From: a virus
Direction: 5' to 3' (one strand)
IMG/VR virus record: IMGVR_UViG_3300006853_000015
Length of the DNA stretch: 64,000 nucleotides
Below, one piece after another: positions 16,796-25,791 of this stretch. Made by a program: the position numbers and the translations under genes. The notes beneath the pieces are model-generated. The model worked only from the letters and a program-made list of their open reading frames with translations. It was not told the origin of the DNA and did no database searches. Within the stretch, counting starts at the first letter, position 1; every line of letters begins with the position of its first letter.

Positions 16796-17822
16796 GCCGG
16801 GTATCTACTTTGGCCTTCCGGAAGATGTCTATCATTCCGATAACTCGCTTGGCAGTAGCGACCTTAAGCTCCTGAACAACTCGCCGCCGCAATATTGGTT
16901 CAAGCGGATGAGCGGCCAGGACGATGACCCGGAAACGCGAAGCCGCGTGATAGGCCGCGCCGTGCACCGTATCGTCCTGGAAGGCATGGAAGCCTATCAG
17001 GCCGGGTTCCACGTTGAACCTGATGTAAGCTTGAAAACCGTTGAAGACCTGATGGGATGGATACGGCCCCGCGCGCCCAACTTCGTCAAGGGCAGCAAGC
17101 TCAAGGCGGAAATCATTGCACAGGTGCACAAGATCGCTAAGACCTTGGGCCATGATGTTCCGCCGATATATGACGAATTCAAAGCCCGCGCCGAAAGCGC
17201 GGGGGCTGTGATCCTGAAACGGGAAGAACACGAGCGCATCATATTCGCCAGCGCCCAAATCGCGGCTACGCCCGATCTAAGCAACGCCTTCAAGAATGGA
17301 TATCCAGAAGTATCCGTCTTCTGGGAAGATGATCACGGCAACCGCCGCAAGGCGCGCTTCGATTTCATGAAGCCCCGCGCCAGTGTGGACCTTAAGTCCA
17401 TCCGGCCGTTGGGTAACGAGCCGTTCTCCGTTGAATGCCGCAAGGCGTTCTGCAAGTGGGAGTATGATGTTCAGGCCGGTGCGTATACGGAAGCCAGACG
17501 GCAGCTTCCCGCGCTTCATGCGGCGGGAAGGGTGTTTGGCGATCACAACGCGGCATGGCTGGAAGATGTGTGCAAACATGACCCGGATAAAAGCGCCTTT
17601 GTCTTCGTGTTTTGGGCATCACAGGGCGCGCCGCTTTGTTGGGGTTGCACGTTAAGCCCGAAGAACCCAATACTGGACATTGCGCGCATTAAAATCTCAA
17701 ACGCATTGAACCAATTCCAGGTTTACAGCCAGCGCTTCGCTGGGGACGCCCAACCTTGGGCGAATGAAGTGCGCCTTGAAGAGCTTGATATGGATGATTT
17801 GCCGCCCTGGTTTGGGCGATAG
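16716..17822 (+). CDS. RecE/exonuclease VIII-like PD-(D/E)XK nuclease
   Basis: GIYFGLPEDVYH...LGSSDLK, IGRAVH..VLEG, EVSVFW...KARFD...SVDLKS, YDVQAGAY. Confidence 0.85.
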   Translation: MPIKSKSQPTSSQPLQQETAGLNPPFEPGIYFGLPEDVYHSDNSLGSSDLKLLNNSPPQYWFKRMSGQDDDPETRSRVIGRAVHRIVLEGMEAYQAGFHVEPDVSLKTVEDLMGWIRPRAPNFVKGSKLKAEIIAQVHKIAKTLGHDVPPIYDEFKARAESAGAVILKREEHERIIFASAQIAATPDLSNAFKNGYPEVSVFWEDDHGNRRKARFDFMKPRASVDLKSIRPLGNEPFSVECRKAFCKWEYDVQAGAYTEARRQLPALHAAGRVFGDHNAAWLEDVCKHDPDKSAFVFVFWASQGAPLCWGCTLSPKNPILDIARIKISNALNQFQVYSQRFAGDAQPWANEVRLEELDMDDLPPWFGR

Positions 17823-17832
17823 GGAGATGAAC

Positions 17833-18648
17833 ATGGCGAAAAAGGAAATCATCATACCGGAAGCGAAGCCGGTTGAGCTTCAGATTTTGGACGGCAACGC
17901 CCTGGATATACAGAACCGGGGTGAAATAGATGTCCAAATTGCCACGGCCCAACGCTACCCGCGCGACCTGGAAAGGGCTGTGCGCGAGATGGTTTTCAAG
18001 GCCGGTATTGACGAAACCATGGCCGAAGAGATGATTTACTGTCTCCCCAAGGGCGGGAAGGCCATAGAAGGGCCTTCCATCCGCTTCGCCGAGATGGTCT
18101 ATCTTTCGTACAGGAATTGCCGCCTAGACGTGCGGTTGCTTGGCGTTGATCGAAAGGAGAAGAACGTCACGGCGCAAGCCACCTTCCATGACTTGGAAAC
18201 CAACGTGGCCACGCGCATGGAAAGCAAGCGCCGCATTTCCGGTAAGGGCGGAAACATTTTCAACGAAGACATGATTATGACCACCTATGCGGCTGTGTCT
18301 TCGATTGCACGGCGCAACGCGATCTTAAGCGGGATCGATCGAACTATCTGGATGCCCGCCTATCGCCGCGCTTGCGTGGTGCTTTCGGGAGAGGCCGCCC
18401 AATGGCAGGGCAACTATGATAAGGCCATTGGGCTATTCAAGGCCGCTGGTGTGGAAGAAAAGGCCATTCGGGGAGCCTTGGGGCTCCCGCTGGAAGGCAA
18501 GGTATTGGTTACTTCCGAACTTCTGGTTTCCCTTCGCGGGGCCTATGCAAGCCTGTTACGTGGCGAGATCACGGCCGACCAGCTAAACGGCAAGGCCCCG
18601 GCCATCGGCCATGACGTGGTTGCAAACCCGCTGGACGATGATGCATGA
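17833..18648 (+). CDS. Putative single-strand annealing protein (partner of the exonuclease)
   Basis: Directly follows the RecE-like gene; EIDVQIATAQRYPRD...YCLPKGGKAIEGPSIRFAE...FHDLETN. The function is inferred from synteny. Confidence 0.6.
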   Translation: MAKKEIIIPEAKPVELQILDGNALDIQNRGEIDVQIATAQRYPRDLERAVREMVFKAGIDETMAEEMIYCLPKGGKAIEGPSIRFAEMVYLSYRNCRLDVRLLGVDRKEKNVTAQATFHDLETNVATRMESKRRISGKGGNIFNEDMIMTTYAAVSSIARRNAILSGIDRTIWMPAYRRACVVLSGEAAQWQGNYDKAIGLFKAAGVEEKAIRGALGLPLEGKVLVTSELLVSLRGAYASLLRGEITADQLNGKAPAIGHDVVANPLDDDA

Positions 18649-19175
18649 GCGAGGCCGATGAGTGCGCAAACCTAGCAGTGCGCGCCATGCGGCTTGCAAC
18701 CACGATGGATGACGCCACAAGCATATTTCTAAGAGACGCGGAGAACGAACAACCCGCGTTGCTTGAATATGTGATGCGGCGCGGCGCGCAAGCCATTTGT
18801 GAAGAGGCCAAGGCCGATCTAGAGCGGCTTAAAGAGATGGCCGACCAGTTGCGCCATTCAAAGGTGCTTAGCGACAGGCTGCGAAGCGCAAGCGGCCTTT
18901 CTACCTTGCGCCTTCTGGAAGATGAAGTGGAAGACGACAAGCCTATGGGTGATTGCACGTCCACTATGCTGCAAATCAGGATATGCAAATTGCAGCGCAC
19001 TGGCTTCGGCACATCCCATTTTGCCGTCTATCTCCGCAAGGTTGATGCCGTGGCTTCGTTATCGCCACGCAAGACCGTGCGGCAAATGCTAACCAATAGT
19101 CTGCTTGAGAAGCTGTGGGTGGAAGCATTCGCTGAGGTTAGCCAAGATGTGGTAGGAGTTAAAGCGAATGAGTGA
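18645..19175 (+). CDS. Hypothetical protein
   Basis: 176-aa helical ORF with ATGA overlap. Confidence 0.55.
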   Translation: MSEADECANLAVRAMRLATTMDDATSIFLRDAENEQPALLEYVMRRGAQAICEEAKADLERLKEMADQLRHSKVLSDRLRSASGLSTLRLLEDEVEDDKPMGDCTSTMLQIRICKLQRTGFGTSHFAVYLRKVDAVASLSPRKTVRQMLTNSLLEKLWVEAFAEVSQDVVGVKANE

Positions 19176-19422
19176 GAGTGCTTGGCGTACCGAAGCACGC
19201 AAGGCGCTAGCTGCACTTAACGGTAGGCGTCTAACCCAAGTTGCGATTACTTTGCACTGTAGGGCGCGGGGTATTGTGCCTGTGCCCCCGGATTGTTGGG
19301 GGAGCTTCACAGCACAGCTTATCAGAGAGCAGGTGTTGGAAATTGTGTCCCGCACGGCCCCAAGGGGCGGCCGAGCGGGCGCTTTCGTATTCAGGGTTTG
19401 CGTTAGAAAGGAAAACGTATGA
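19168..19422 (+). CDS. Hypothetical protein
   Basis: 84-aa ORF coupled on both sides. Confidence 0.5.
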   Translation: MSESAWRTEARKALAALNGRRLTQVAITLHCRARGIVPVPPDCWGSFTAQLIREQVLEIVSRTAPRGGRAGAFVFRVCVRKENV

Positions 19423-20651
19423 CTAACCCCAAGGATATTGTTGGGCAAAGCAAGGCATCCACCCATTGCATCCCGCCCGTTGCCCTTCTCGAAATGGGAG
19501 CGGCGCTGCACTTCGGGGCCTACCACGCCAAGCGGGCAGACGGTGGGGAAGGATACGGCCCGTTCAATTGGCGAGAGCAGCGGCTTCGCATGAACATCTA
19601 CACGGATGCTCTCATGCGCCATTACCTTGCCTTCATGGATGGACAGGACCGCGCCGATGACAGCAAGGCGCACCACCTTGGCCACATCATGGCGTGCTGT
19701 GCGATCATCATGGACGCCATGGAACTGGAAACCATGGACGATACGCGGCCCGATATCACGGGGCAGTATAACAAGGTGGCCGCGCGCATCCGTGATCAGA
19801 ACCTTGATCGTGCCGCAGCGATCATGGAAGCGATGGCGAATGATCCTGTGGACGAAGGCGATCTTTCGCAGGGCACCTATGGGGAATTGGCCGCGCGAGA
19901 ATTCCCAATTGATCAGGACACAAGCCTGCCAATTCACGAATATGCCGGGGCTTTCGGCATGAAGATGAACCCACCGCAACATACCCGCGAAACTGCCCTG
20001 GAAGATGGCCGCAGCGCCATTAACAAAGGGCCGTGGCCGTGGCCAACGCCAGACCACATAGAAGACTGCTTTAAACTTGGCCGGTTGCGGCATCCGCATT
20101 GCCCCGGTGCGGCGTTGATCGAAACAAGCCTGATGGTTTGGCGCGCTGGCGCGGCCAACGGCCAGCTTGCGGCGCACGGCCTACTTCCTGAAAATTCGGC
20201 CTTCCCAGATGGCGGATTATATGCAGCCGAGGCCGCTAAATACGGCTACCTTCTTACACAGCCGGTGCCATCGCTTGATAATGGAACGCGGTTGCTTACC
20301 CCATCTCCACTTTTGGAGAAGCATGTTCTTGAGCGCTGCTTTTACGAGAAGGTTAGAACCTCTGTTAAGGGACAACTCTTCGAAGAAGTTATAGAGAGAG
20401 CGGCAGATTTGGCTAAAGATGTTCTCAGAATATCGCCGAATATCCCAAGGGAAGAATGGCTTGCTCGGCTTGAAAGGAATGCGCAATACCCGGTCTACTT
20501 CTCAAGTGATGGCCGCTCCAAATATGAGAGCACCCCGGAAGAAATTCACGACCTTGCCATTCAAATGCTTCATACCCCGCGCGGATCATACGCGGGGCTA
20601 ACGCGCAAGCCTGCCGAGCACGATAGCGCGGCCTGGACAGGAAAAGATTAA
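19419..20651 (+). CDS. dATP/dGTP diphosphohydrolase-domain (DUF5664-like) protein with a long unknown C-terminal extension
   Basis: MTNPKD..G..K....IPPVAL.E...GA...YG.FNWR...Y.DA.MRH...GQD...S..HHLGH..AC in the first ~115 aa. Confidence 0.8.
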   Translation: MTNPKDIVGQSKASTHCIPPVALLEMGAALHFGAYHAKRADGGEGYGPFNWREQRLRMNIYTDALMRHYLAFMDGQDRADDSKAHHLGHIMACCAIIMDAMELETMDDTRPDITGQYNKVAARIRDQNLDRAAAIMEAMANDPVDEGDLSQGTYGELAAREFPIDQDTSLPIHEYAGAFGMKMNPPQHTRETALEDGRSAINKGPWPWPTPDHIEDCFKLGRLRHPHCPGAALIETSLMVWRAGAANGQLAAHGLLPENSAFPDGGLYAAEAAKYGYLLTQPVPSLDNGTRLLTPSPLLEKHVLERCFYEKVRTSVKGQLFEEVIERAADLAKDVLRISPNIPREEWLARLERNAQYPVYFSSDGRSKYESTPEEIHDLAIQMLHTPRGSYAGLTRKPAEHDSAAWTGKD

Positions 20652-20669
20652 CCACGTCCAAGATAACCG

Positions 20670-20702
20670 TTGCAATGCGTCCCGGCTAGACTTATGGGTT
20701 GA
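20670..20702 (+). promoter_or_regulatory. Putative promoter motif upstream of the histone-like gene
   Basis: TTGCAA-N11-TAGACTTATGGGTTG; similar to 22368-22399. Confidence 0.35.
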
Positions 20703-20751
20703 TTTCCAGATTAACAGCCCCGCCTAGCCGGGAAGACAACGGAGACCGAAG

Positions 20752-21567
20752 ATGCAGACCGCAACCAAACTTGTTACTGCCAACCAAGCCGCCATTCTCA
20801 AGGCTTGCGCCGCTCGCCCCCTTAGCTACAACGCCATCGCCAAGCACGTGCCCGATTTGGCCAAGCCGAAGCGTTGCGTGGATGATATGGCCAAGGCCGG
20901 GTTGCTTTGGGGCGTGGGCGACGGTGAATTTGGCGCTACCGATGGCGGAAAAGCCAAGCTGGCCGATTACATCAAGGCTAACGAGAAGCCGCAGACAGCC
21001 GATGAGCCGAAGCTGGCCGCACTTCTGGCCGAAACGGCCCCGGAACGCAAGCCGCCGACTTGGACAGGCAAGCCGCAGGAAGCCGCTACAGCCCCGGAAG
21101 CTAAGAAAGCATTCAAGCCCGCCACGATGGGCACAAAGGCCGCCCCTAAGGCTGCAAAGGCCCCGGAAGCGGCTTCCAAGCCGGAAACCCTTTCGGCCAA
21201 GCTGGCGAAGCTGCCGAAAACCACGGGAAGCCGCAAGGCCGATGCCAAGGCAGCAACCGAAGCCAAAGCCCCGAAAGCGGCGGCCAAGCCTAAGAAAGCC
21301 CCGATTGAGAAGGCCGCTGGCTTGCGCACCAATACCGACGTGCCCGAGCGCACCAAGCGCGAAATCGAGTTGGGCCTTTCGCCCCGCCAAGCGCAAGCAA
21401 TCAACTTCGTGCGCGAGAACAAGGGCGCAACCGTGAAACAGATTAACGCGCTTTTCGGCACGGTATCCAGCCGGTTGCACGTTTTGCAGGAAGGCTGCGT
21501 AAAAGCCGGTTTGAAGCTGGCCAGTAAGAAGGAGGGAACAACCGTAATCTGGTATATCGAGAAGTAG
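20752..21567 (+). CDS. Histone H1-like protein: wHTH - Lys/Ala/Pro-rich linker - wHTH
   Basis: N-terminal winged-helix pattern, central KAAKAPEAASKP/KAPKAAAKPKK repeats, C-terminal LSPRQAQAINFV...TVKQIN wHTH. GGAG RBS. Confidence 0.7.
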   Translation: MQTATKLVTANQAAILKACAARPLSYNAIAKHVPDLAKPKRCVDDMAKAGLLWGVGDGEFGATDGGKAKLADYIKANEKPQTADEPKLAALLAETAPERKPPTWTGKPQEAATAPEAKKAFKPATMGTKAAPKAAKAPEAASKPETLSAKLAKLPKTTGSRKADAKAATEAKAPKAAAKPKKAPIEKAAGLRTNTDVPERTKREIELGLSPRQAQAINFVRENKGATVKQINALFGTVSSRLHVLQEGCVKAGLKLASKKEGTTVIWYIEK

Positions 21568-21582
21568 AAACCCGAACTTGTT

Positions 21583-21608
21583 AAGGGGCGGCCAGGAAGC
21601 CGCCCTTT
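21583..21608 (+). terminator. Rho-independent terminator
   Basis: AAGGGGCGGC-CAGGAA-GCCGCCCTTT. Confidence 0.65.
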
Positions 21609-21637
21609 AGCCAATTAAAAGCGAGGTACGACAGAAC

Positions 21638-21997
21638 ATGCCCAAGCGCGCGCCATTCCATCGTGCGGCCCATATAGGGCTGTTAGAGCTTGGCTACACG
21701 CATGAATTCTTTCCAGGCGATGAACTGGAAGATTTCGGAGACCCGGAAGCCTACGAGGGGCGGCTTGATGCCGCCGACATTTACACGGGCGACGATGAAT
21801 TCGTGCACATCAACCAGAGCGGCCAAGTGGAGGTGGCCCCGCGCGACAGGGAGTGGGAAGAATTCATCGACAGCCTGCAATGCCACGCCGACGCGGAAGG
21901 CTACAACGCCCAAGCTTTGGCCCTAATGGATGATGGCGACCACCTGGAAGCGCACGCCGAAGAGTGGGAAACCGTAGTTTCGGAGGATGCCGCATAA
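21638..21997 (+). CDS. Highly acidic small protein (DNA-mimic candidate)
   Basis: 31 D/E versus 6 K/R in 119 aa (hand count). Confidence 0.6.
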   Translation: MPKRAPFHRAAHIGLLELGYTHEFFPGDELEDFGDPEAYEGRLDAADIYTGDDEFVHINQSGQVEVAPRDREWEEFIDSLQCHADAEGYNAQALALMDDGDHLEAHAEEWETVVSEDAA

Positions 21998-22349
21998 CCC
22001 CATGAAGCTGCGACACACAATCCCGTGCAAACAATGCCCGTGGCGCAAAGCGTCGGCGCAAGGCTTCCTTGGTGGCAACAGCCCTGAGCAGTACGCCGAT
22101 ATGGTTGCGAACAACCAAGTGCCTAACTGCCATATGACAGAAGGAAAGGGGAAGCGGCCAGCGTTCTGCGCTGGCTCGCTTGCCACTATGGCTAACTCGT
22201 GCATCACACCACGCCACCCGGAAGGCGCTAGCCATCTCGATAGCAAGGCCGTTGGCCAGCGCGCGGATTGCTTCCGGTGGGTGAAGGATTTCTACGCCTA
22301 CCACACGCGGGGCCTTGAATACGTGCATCGCCTGTTAAGAAAAGCGTAA
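21987..22349 (+). CDS. Cys/His metal-binding phage protein (DUF6283-like)
   Basis: PCKQCPWR...CH...CAG motif set; family name is from memory. Confidence 0.65.
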   Translation: MPHNPMKLRHTIPCKQCPWRKASAQGFLGGNSPEQYADMVANNQVPNCHMTEGKGKRPAFCAGSLATMANSCITPRHPEGASHLDSKAVGQRADCFRWVKDFYAYHTRGLEYVHRLLRKA

Positions 22350-22367
22350 CCATGCCGTCGATAGTTG

Positions 22368-22399
22368 TTGCCACGGATTAGAAGTTAGACATAGGGTTG
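22368..22399 (+). promoter_or_regulatory. Putative promoter motif
   Basis: TTGCCA-N12-TAGACATAGGGTTG; also reads as TTGCCA-N18-TAGGGT. Confidence 0.35.
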
Positions 22400-22443
22400 T
22401 TTTCGGAAGGGGCCGGTTGCCCCTTCCAGAAAGGCTTTATCCG

Positions 22444-22686
22444 ATGTTCCTTAACACCAATCCCCACTTCGCCGCTACCGATAGTCTGTGCACCTTCAAG
22501 GGCGCGGAGAAGCGCCTTACCGATGCTTTCGGCGACTTGGATGTGCCCGCGTACCACGCCCTTCGCATCACCCATTTTGTGATCCAACGCGCGCCGCGCG
22601 AATTCGTGCCCGTGGTTGTGATAACCGACCGTTCCGAGATTAGCCCCGCCTATTTCGCTGGCCGTGGCATTTACGTAACTAACTAA
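22444..22686 (+). CDS. Hypothetical protein (paralog of 23873..24112)
   Basis: T...A..+L..AF...HFVIQR...FVPV...GIY pattern. Confidence 0.55.
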   Translation: MFLNTNPHFAATDSLCTFKGAEKRLTDAFGDLDVPAYHALRITHFVIQRAPREFVPVVVITDRSEISPAYFAGRGIYVTN

Positions 22687-22707
22687 AGCCAGGAAAGGGC
22701 TTTCCCC

Positions 22708-22890
22708 ATGTTTATCCTTACCCACGAAAACGGCAACCGCGAACTTTTCACTTCTCACCGCGAAGTTGAAATGTCGTTCAATATCAACACCAAGCAATGG
22801 CATCAGGTGGAAAGCGGCCAGGAAATCCAGGTCGATACGTTCCTTGGCCCGTGCAAGTTCCGCAAGGTGCGCAAGGGCGAGCTGCACTAA
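22708..22890 (+). CDS. Hypothetical protein
   Basis: 60-aa ORF with AGGA RBS. Confidence 0.5.
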   Translation: MFILTHENGNRELFTSHREVEMSFNINTKQWHQVESGQEIQVDTFLGPCKFRKVRKGELH

Positions 22891-22923
22891 ACCCGGCGTA
22901 TAGCCAAACCATAGGAGCTTCCA

Positions 22924-23166
22924 ATGCTTTCCAAGTTCGAAATCTGCCGCAACTGGTACAGCACCAAAGTTACAATCTTTGTGGATTGCGCGCGGCAGGA
23001 AGCTTCGTTTCTCGTAACGCATAACCGCCGCATCCTTCCCGCGTTTCGGGAAGAAGATTACACCATCCGCTTTGATCTGGTGCGCGATCCGCGCGCGGCA
23101 GAGGATTGGCTTAACGAGCGCATTGAAGCGCTTCACGCTTCGGCCCAACGCCACTTCGCGGAATAG
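22924..23166 (+). CDS. Hypothetical protein
   Basis: 80-aa ORF with AGGAG RBS. Confidence 0.55.
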   Translation: MLSKFEICRNWYSTKVTIFVDCARQEASFLVTHNRRILPAFREEDYTIRFDLVRDPRAAEDWLNERIEALHASAQRHFAE

Positions 23167-23228
23167 GGGGCGGCTTCGTATAGCCCCGCCACGCGCGGGG
23201 CTGTGCCAAGCTACCAGGGAGAACGCAG

Positions 23229-23633
23229 ATGAAGAAGGCCACCAACAAGCTTACGCGCCGCCAATGCTATGCGTTTACGCGCATGGATTTTGAACGGATG
23301 CGCGCATGCATCAACGTTCCGCGCTTCGAAGCTGTGCTTACGGGGGATAAGATCGAAATCATATTCCCCGTTAACGAGCGCTACCAGGGCAACCAAGCGG
23401 ATACGGCCAGCGTTATGGCGCTTCTCGAATATCTGCGCAACGAAGGTTTCGTGGGGCCTGAAGTGGTAACCGTTTGGTTTGGCGAACACAGCTTTTGCCA
23501 AAACAGCATTTGGATGGCGCGCGGCACGGCCAGCGTAAAGCAGGTTAGCGCCGAGCCAGACATTAAGCGCCTTGTGGAAGGGGATGCCTATGAATTTGAG
23601 CTTCCCAAGAAAGCTAGAAAGTTTCGTTCATGA
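23229..23633 (+). CDS. Hypothetical protein
   Basis: 134-aa ORF with GGAG RBS. Confidence 0.6.
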   Translation: MKKATNKLTRRQCYAFTRMDFERMRACINVPRFEAVLTGDKIEIIFPVNERYQGNQADTASVMALLEYLRNEGFVGPEVVTVWFGEHSFCQNSIWMARGTASVKQVSAEPDIKRLVEGDAYEFELPKKARKFRS

Positions 23634-23863
23634 TCGCGCGCAACGAGATCAGGCAGGCCGTTCGCTGGCTGGAAACCACCGACGCGCGCTTCATGCGCGA
23701 GATTGAACGGCAATGGGGCCACCGTGCGCCCGTAAATGCCCGCTACAGGCCGGAATTGGATGATCGGGGCACCAGGGAAGCCCGCGCGGCTTTCCGCCGT
23801 GCTGGGGCGCGTGCGGCCCGCGTGTGGCACGAATGCCGCAGACAGGTTATCGCCTACGCCTAG
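23630..23863 (+). CDS. Hypothetical Arg-rich protein
   Basis: 77-aa ORF with ATGA overlap. Confidence 0.5.
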   Translation: MIARNEIRQAVRWLETTDARFMREIERQWGHRAPVNARYRPELDDRGTREARAAFRRAGARAARVWHECRRQVIAYA

Positions 23864-23872
23864 GAGACAGTT

Positions 23873-24112
23873 ATGCGTATCGAGACGTGCGAAGCGTTCA
23901 GGGCGTGCACGGGGTGCATCACGTACAACGAAGCCGTGTCCAAGCTTGAGCGTGCTTTTCGTGGCTGGACGCTGCACGAGCGGCCCGTGCATCTGGTTAT
24001 GCAGCGGGAAGGCGACGGCCAGTTCATACCCGTTGCCATCTTGGGGCAGCATTCTATGACATGGGCATACACGCTTAGCGCGATGGGCATATATTGCGCT
24101 AGCACAACCTAG
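23873..24112 (+). CDS. Hypothetical protein (paralog of 22444..22686)
   Basis: AGGAG RBS; TYNEAVSKLERAF...HLVMQR..GQFIPV...GIY. Confidence 0.6.
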   Translation: MRIETCEAFRACTGCITYNEAVSKLERAFRGWTLHERPVHLVMQREGDGQFIPVAILGQHSMTWAYTLSAMGIYCASTT

Positions 24113-24125
24113 AAGGAGACATGCC

Positions 24126-24437
24126 GTGAAAATCCCCCGTAGGCTGGAAAGGATACGGCCGACCGATGAGCAGCCGAAGCGCACCTTCCAGTATGCCAAG
24201 GCCGCGCTTGCTGAGATCAAATGCAACAAGGCGCAACGGCGCACCATCGAGATTGCCCTTGAAGCCTATGAACGCCTTTCGTTGTCCATGTCTCAGGTGG
24301 GCGACGCAATGGTTTACATTGCTGACGATGCAGCGCCCGTGCGCAAGGTGGCAATCTGCCAAGTGGTGGGCGCGGCGCATCAGAGCGAAGTTGATGCGGC
24401 AATGCAGATTTACAACCGGGTATGGGAGGAAGAATGA
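24126..24437 (+). CDS. Hypothetical protein
   Basis: 103-aa ORF with AGGAG RBS. Confidence 0.55.
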   Translation: MKIPRRLERIRPTDEQPKRTFQYAKAALAEIKCNKAQRRTIEIALEAYERLSLSMSQVGDAMVYIADDAAPVRKVAICQVVGAAHQSEVDAAMQIYNRVWEEE

Positions 24438-24727
24438 GCGCACTGCGGCGCATGGCCCCGGCCATCTGCCTTTTGTTGATCTGTATGGCATGCGCGCGGG
24501 GCACAAGGCCCCGCCGCCCTAAGACACGCAATCTGAAAGGGAGGATCGTGACGCAGATAAAAGACACAAGCAACATTCTGTTTTTCCCCTACCGCGCGCG
24601 GGCATGGGCCATACCGGCCCGGCAACAGGGGAAGACGGCCCTTCTGCAATCCGTGCTTGCGCAACCGGATAGGCCGATTATCGAGGTGTTGCGCGAGCAC
24701 ATAACCAAGGGAGAACATGACAAATGA
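24422..24727 (+). CDS. Hypothetical protein (may be two smaller genes)
   Basis: N-terminal LLLICMAC lipobox-like segment; internal GGAGG RBS plus GTG near 24548. Confidence 0.35.
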   Translation: MGGRMSALRRMAPAICLLLICMACARGTRPRRPKTRNLKGRIVTQIKDTSNILFFPYRARAWAIPARQQGKTALLQSVLAQPDRPIIEVLREHITKGEHDK

Positions 24728-24942
24728 AGCCGTATCTGGATTGGGCGAAAGACGTTGCCACTTCGGTTGACGCGCTTACCATGAATTCGGTAGCAGGGCC
24801 GCACTTTATATCGCCAGAAGGGGCCGCCGCCGTGCAGAGCCTGTATCTGTTCCACTTCCCGCCGTCGCGGGCCGCCGTGCTGTTGCTTGGCCTGGACACG
24901 GCCCTGGTTATCGATTTCGAGGAAGGAAAGCCCTTCCACTAA
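24724..24942 (+). CDS. Hypothetical protein
   Basis: 72-aa ORF with ATGA overlap. Confidence 0.5.
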   Translation: MKPYLDWAKDVATSVDALTMNSVAGPHFISPEGAAAVQSLYLFHFPPSRAAVLLLGLDTALVIDFEEGKPFH

Positions 24943-25211
24943 TGCACACGGGTTTCTTTTGCCAATGCGAGCGGCACACACGTGCCGCTCTGCATGAAGC
25001 CATGCATCTGGCAACCTACGCCGAGATGATAGTTGACAACCTACCGGAACAAGAGCCGGTTACGCACATCTGGGGCATCCCAACCTATCAGCCATTCCAT
25101 GGGCAGCACGACAACTTTGCAACGCGCGCCATAGCCTATGACGCTTGGGCTATGTACATTCTCAACCGCATTGAAGACATCGAAGAAGGAAGGAACCAAG
25201 GCTTTGAGTGA
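24942..25211 (+). CDS. Hypothetical protein
   Basis: 89-aa ORF with TAATG overlap. Confidence 0.5.
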   Translation: MHTGFFCQCERHTRAALHEAMHLATYAEMIVDNLPEQEPVTHIWGIPTYQPFHGQHDNFATRAIAYDAWAMYILNRIEDIEEGRNQGFE

Positions 25212-25716
25212 GTTTGACCGCAAAGGGCTTAATATTGTTGATAAGTACGGTATGACGCTTGCCACAGCCGTAACGCCCAACAACGCCGAAGCTCTCGTGA
25301 TCCTGCTTAACGAAGGGGCGGAATTCAGGAGACAGCGGGAAGCCTGTAGCAAGACGGCAACAGAGTGGGTTGAGGCGTGCGTTAGGGGCCATACGAAGAT
25401 GGCCGCATCTTATAAGACGAGCCGTGTTGAGATACCCCTTACGCTGGATATCCGGGAGCGCTTCCCGTTCATCGTCTCCATCGCCTGGGAAGTGATCGGG
25501 CATTGCCGTTACGGGGATTATGGACGCTATTCCGTGATCCTGGAAAACGAGCGCGGCAACGGCTGCGCGATGATCTATCGCAATGAGCTATGCGTGGACG
25601 TTGATAAAAGCGGCCCGCATAATTTCTTCCGCAACTACCTGTTGTGGAACCTTCCAGCCGAGAAGACGGCCTTCCGCGAGAAGTTCGCCGCAACGGAATT
25701 CAAGCCGAAGTGGTGA
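25138..25716 (+). CDS. Hypothetical protein
   Basis: 192-aa ORF; true start probably near 25204. Confidence 0.55.
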   Translation: MTLGLCTFSTALKTSKKEGTKALSEFDRKGLNIVDKYGMTLATAVTPNNAEALVILLNEGAEFRRQREACSKTATEWVEACVRGHTKMAASYKTSRVEIPLTLDIRERFPFIVSIAWEVIGHCRYGDYGRYSVILENERGNGCAMIYRNELCVDVDKSGPHNFFRNYLLWNLPAEKTAFREKFAATEFKPKW

Positions 25717-25791
25717 CATGGGGTTGCGCGGCCCCGGCTATATGCCAAGCTAAGCCGGGGCGGGTTATCGCCCATAAAAAAGGAGCGCACT

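Noticed and set aside
19419-20651. Z-genome (2-aminoadenine) pathway suggested by the dATP/dGTP diphosphohydrolase and MazG-like genes
   Set aside because: No PurZ/PurA-like gene, no HD-domain dATPase and no phage polymerase in the window.
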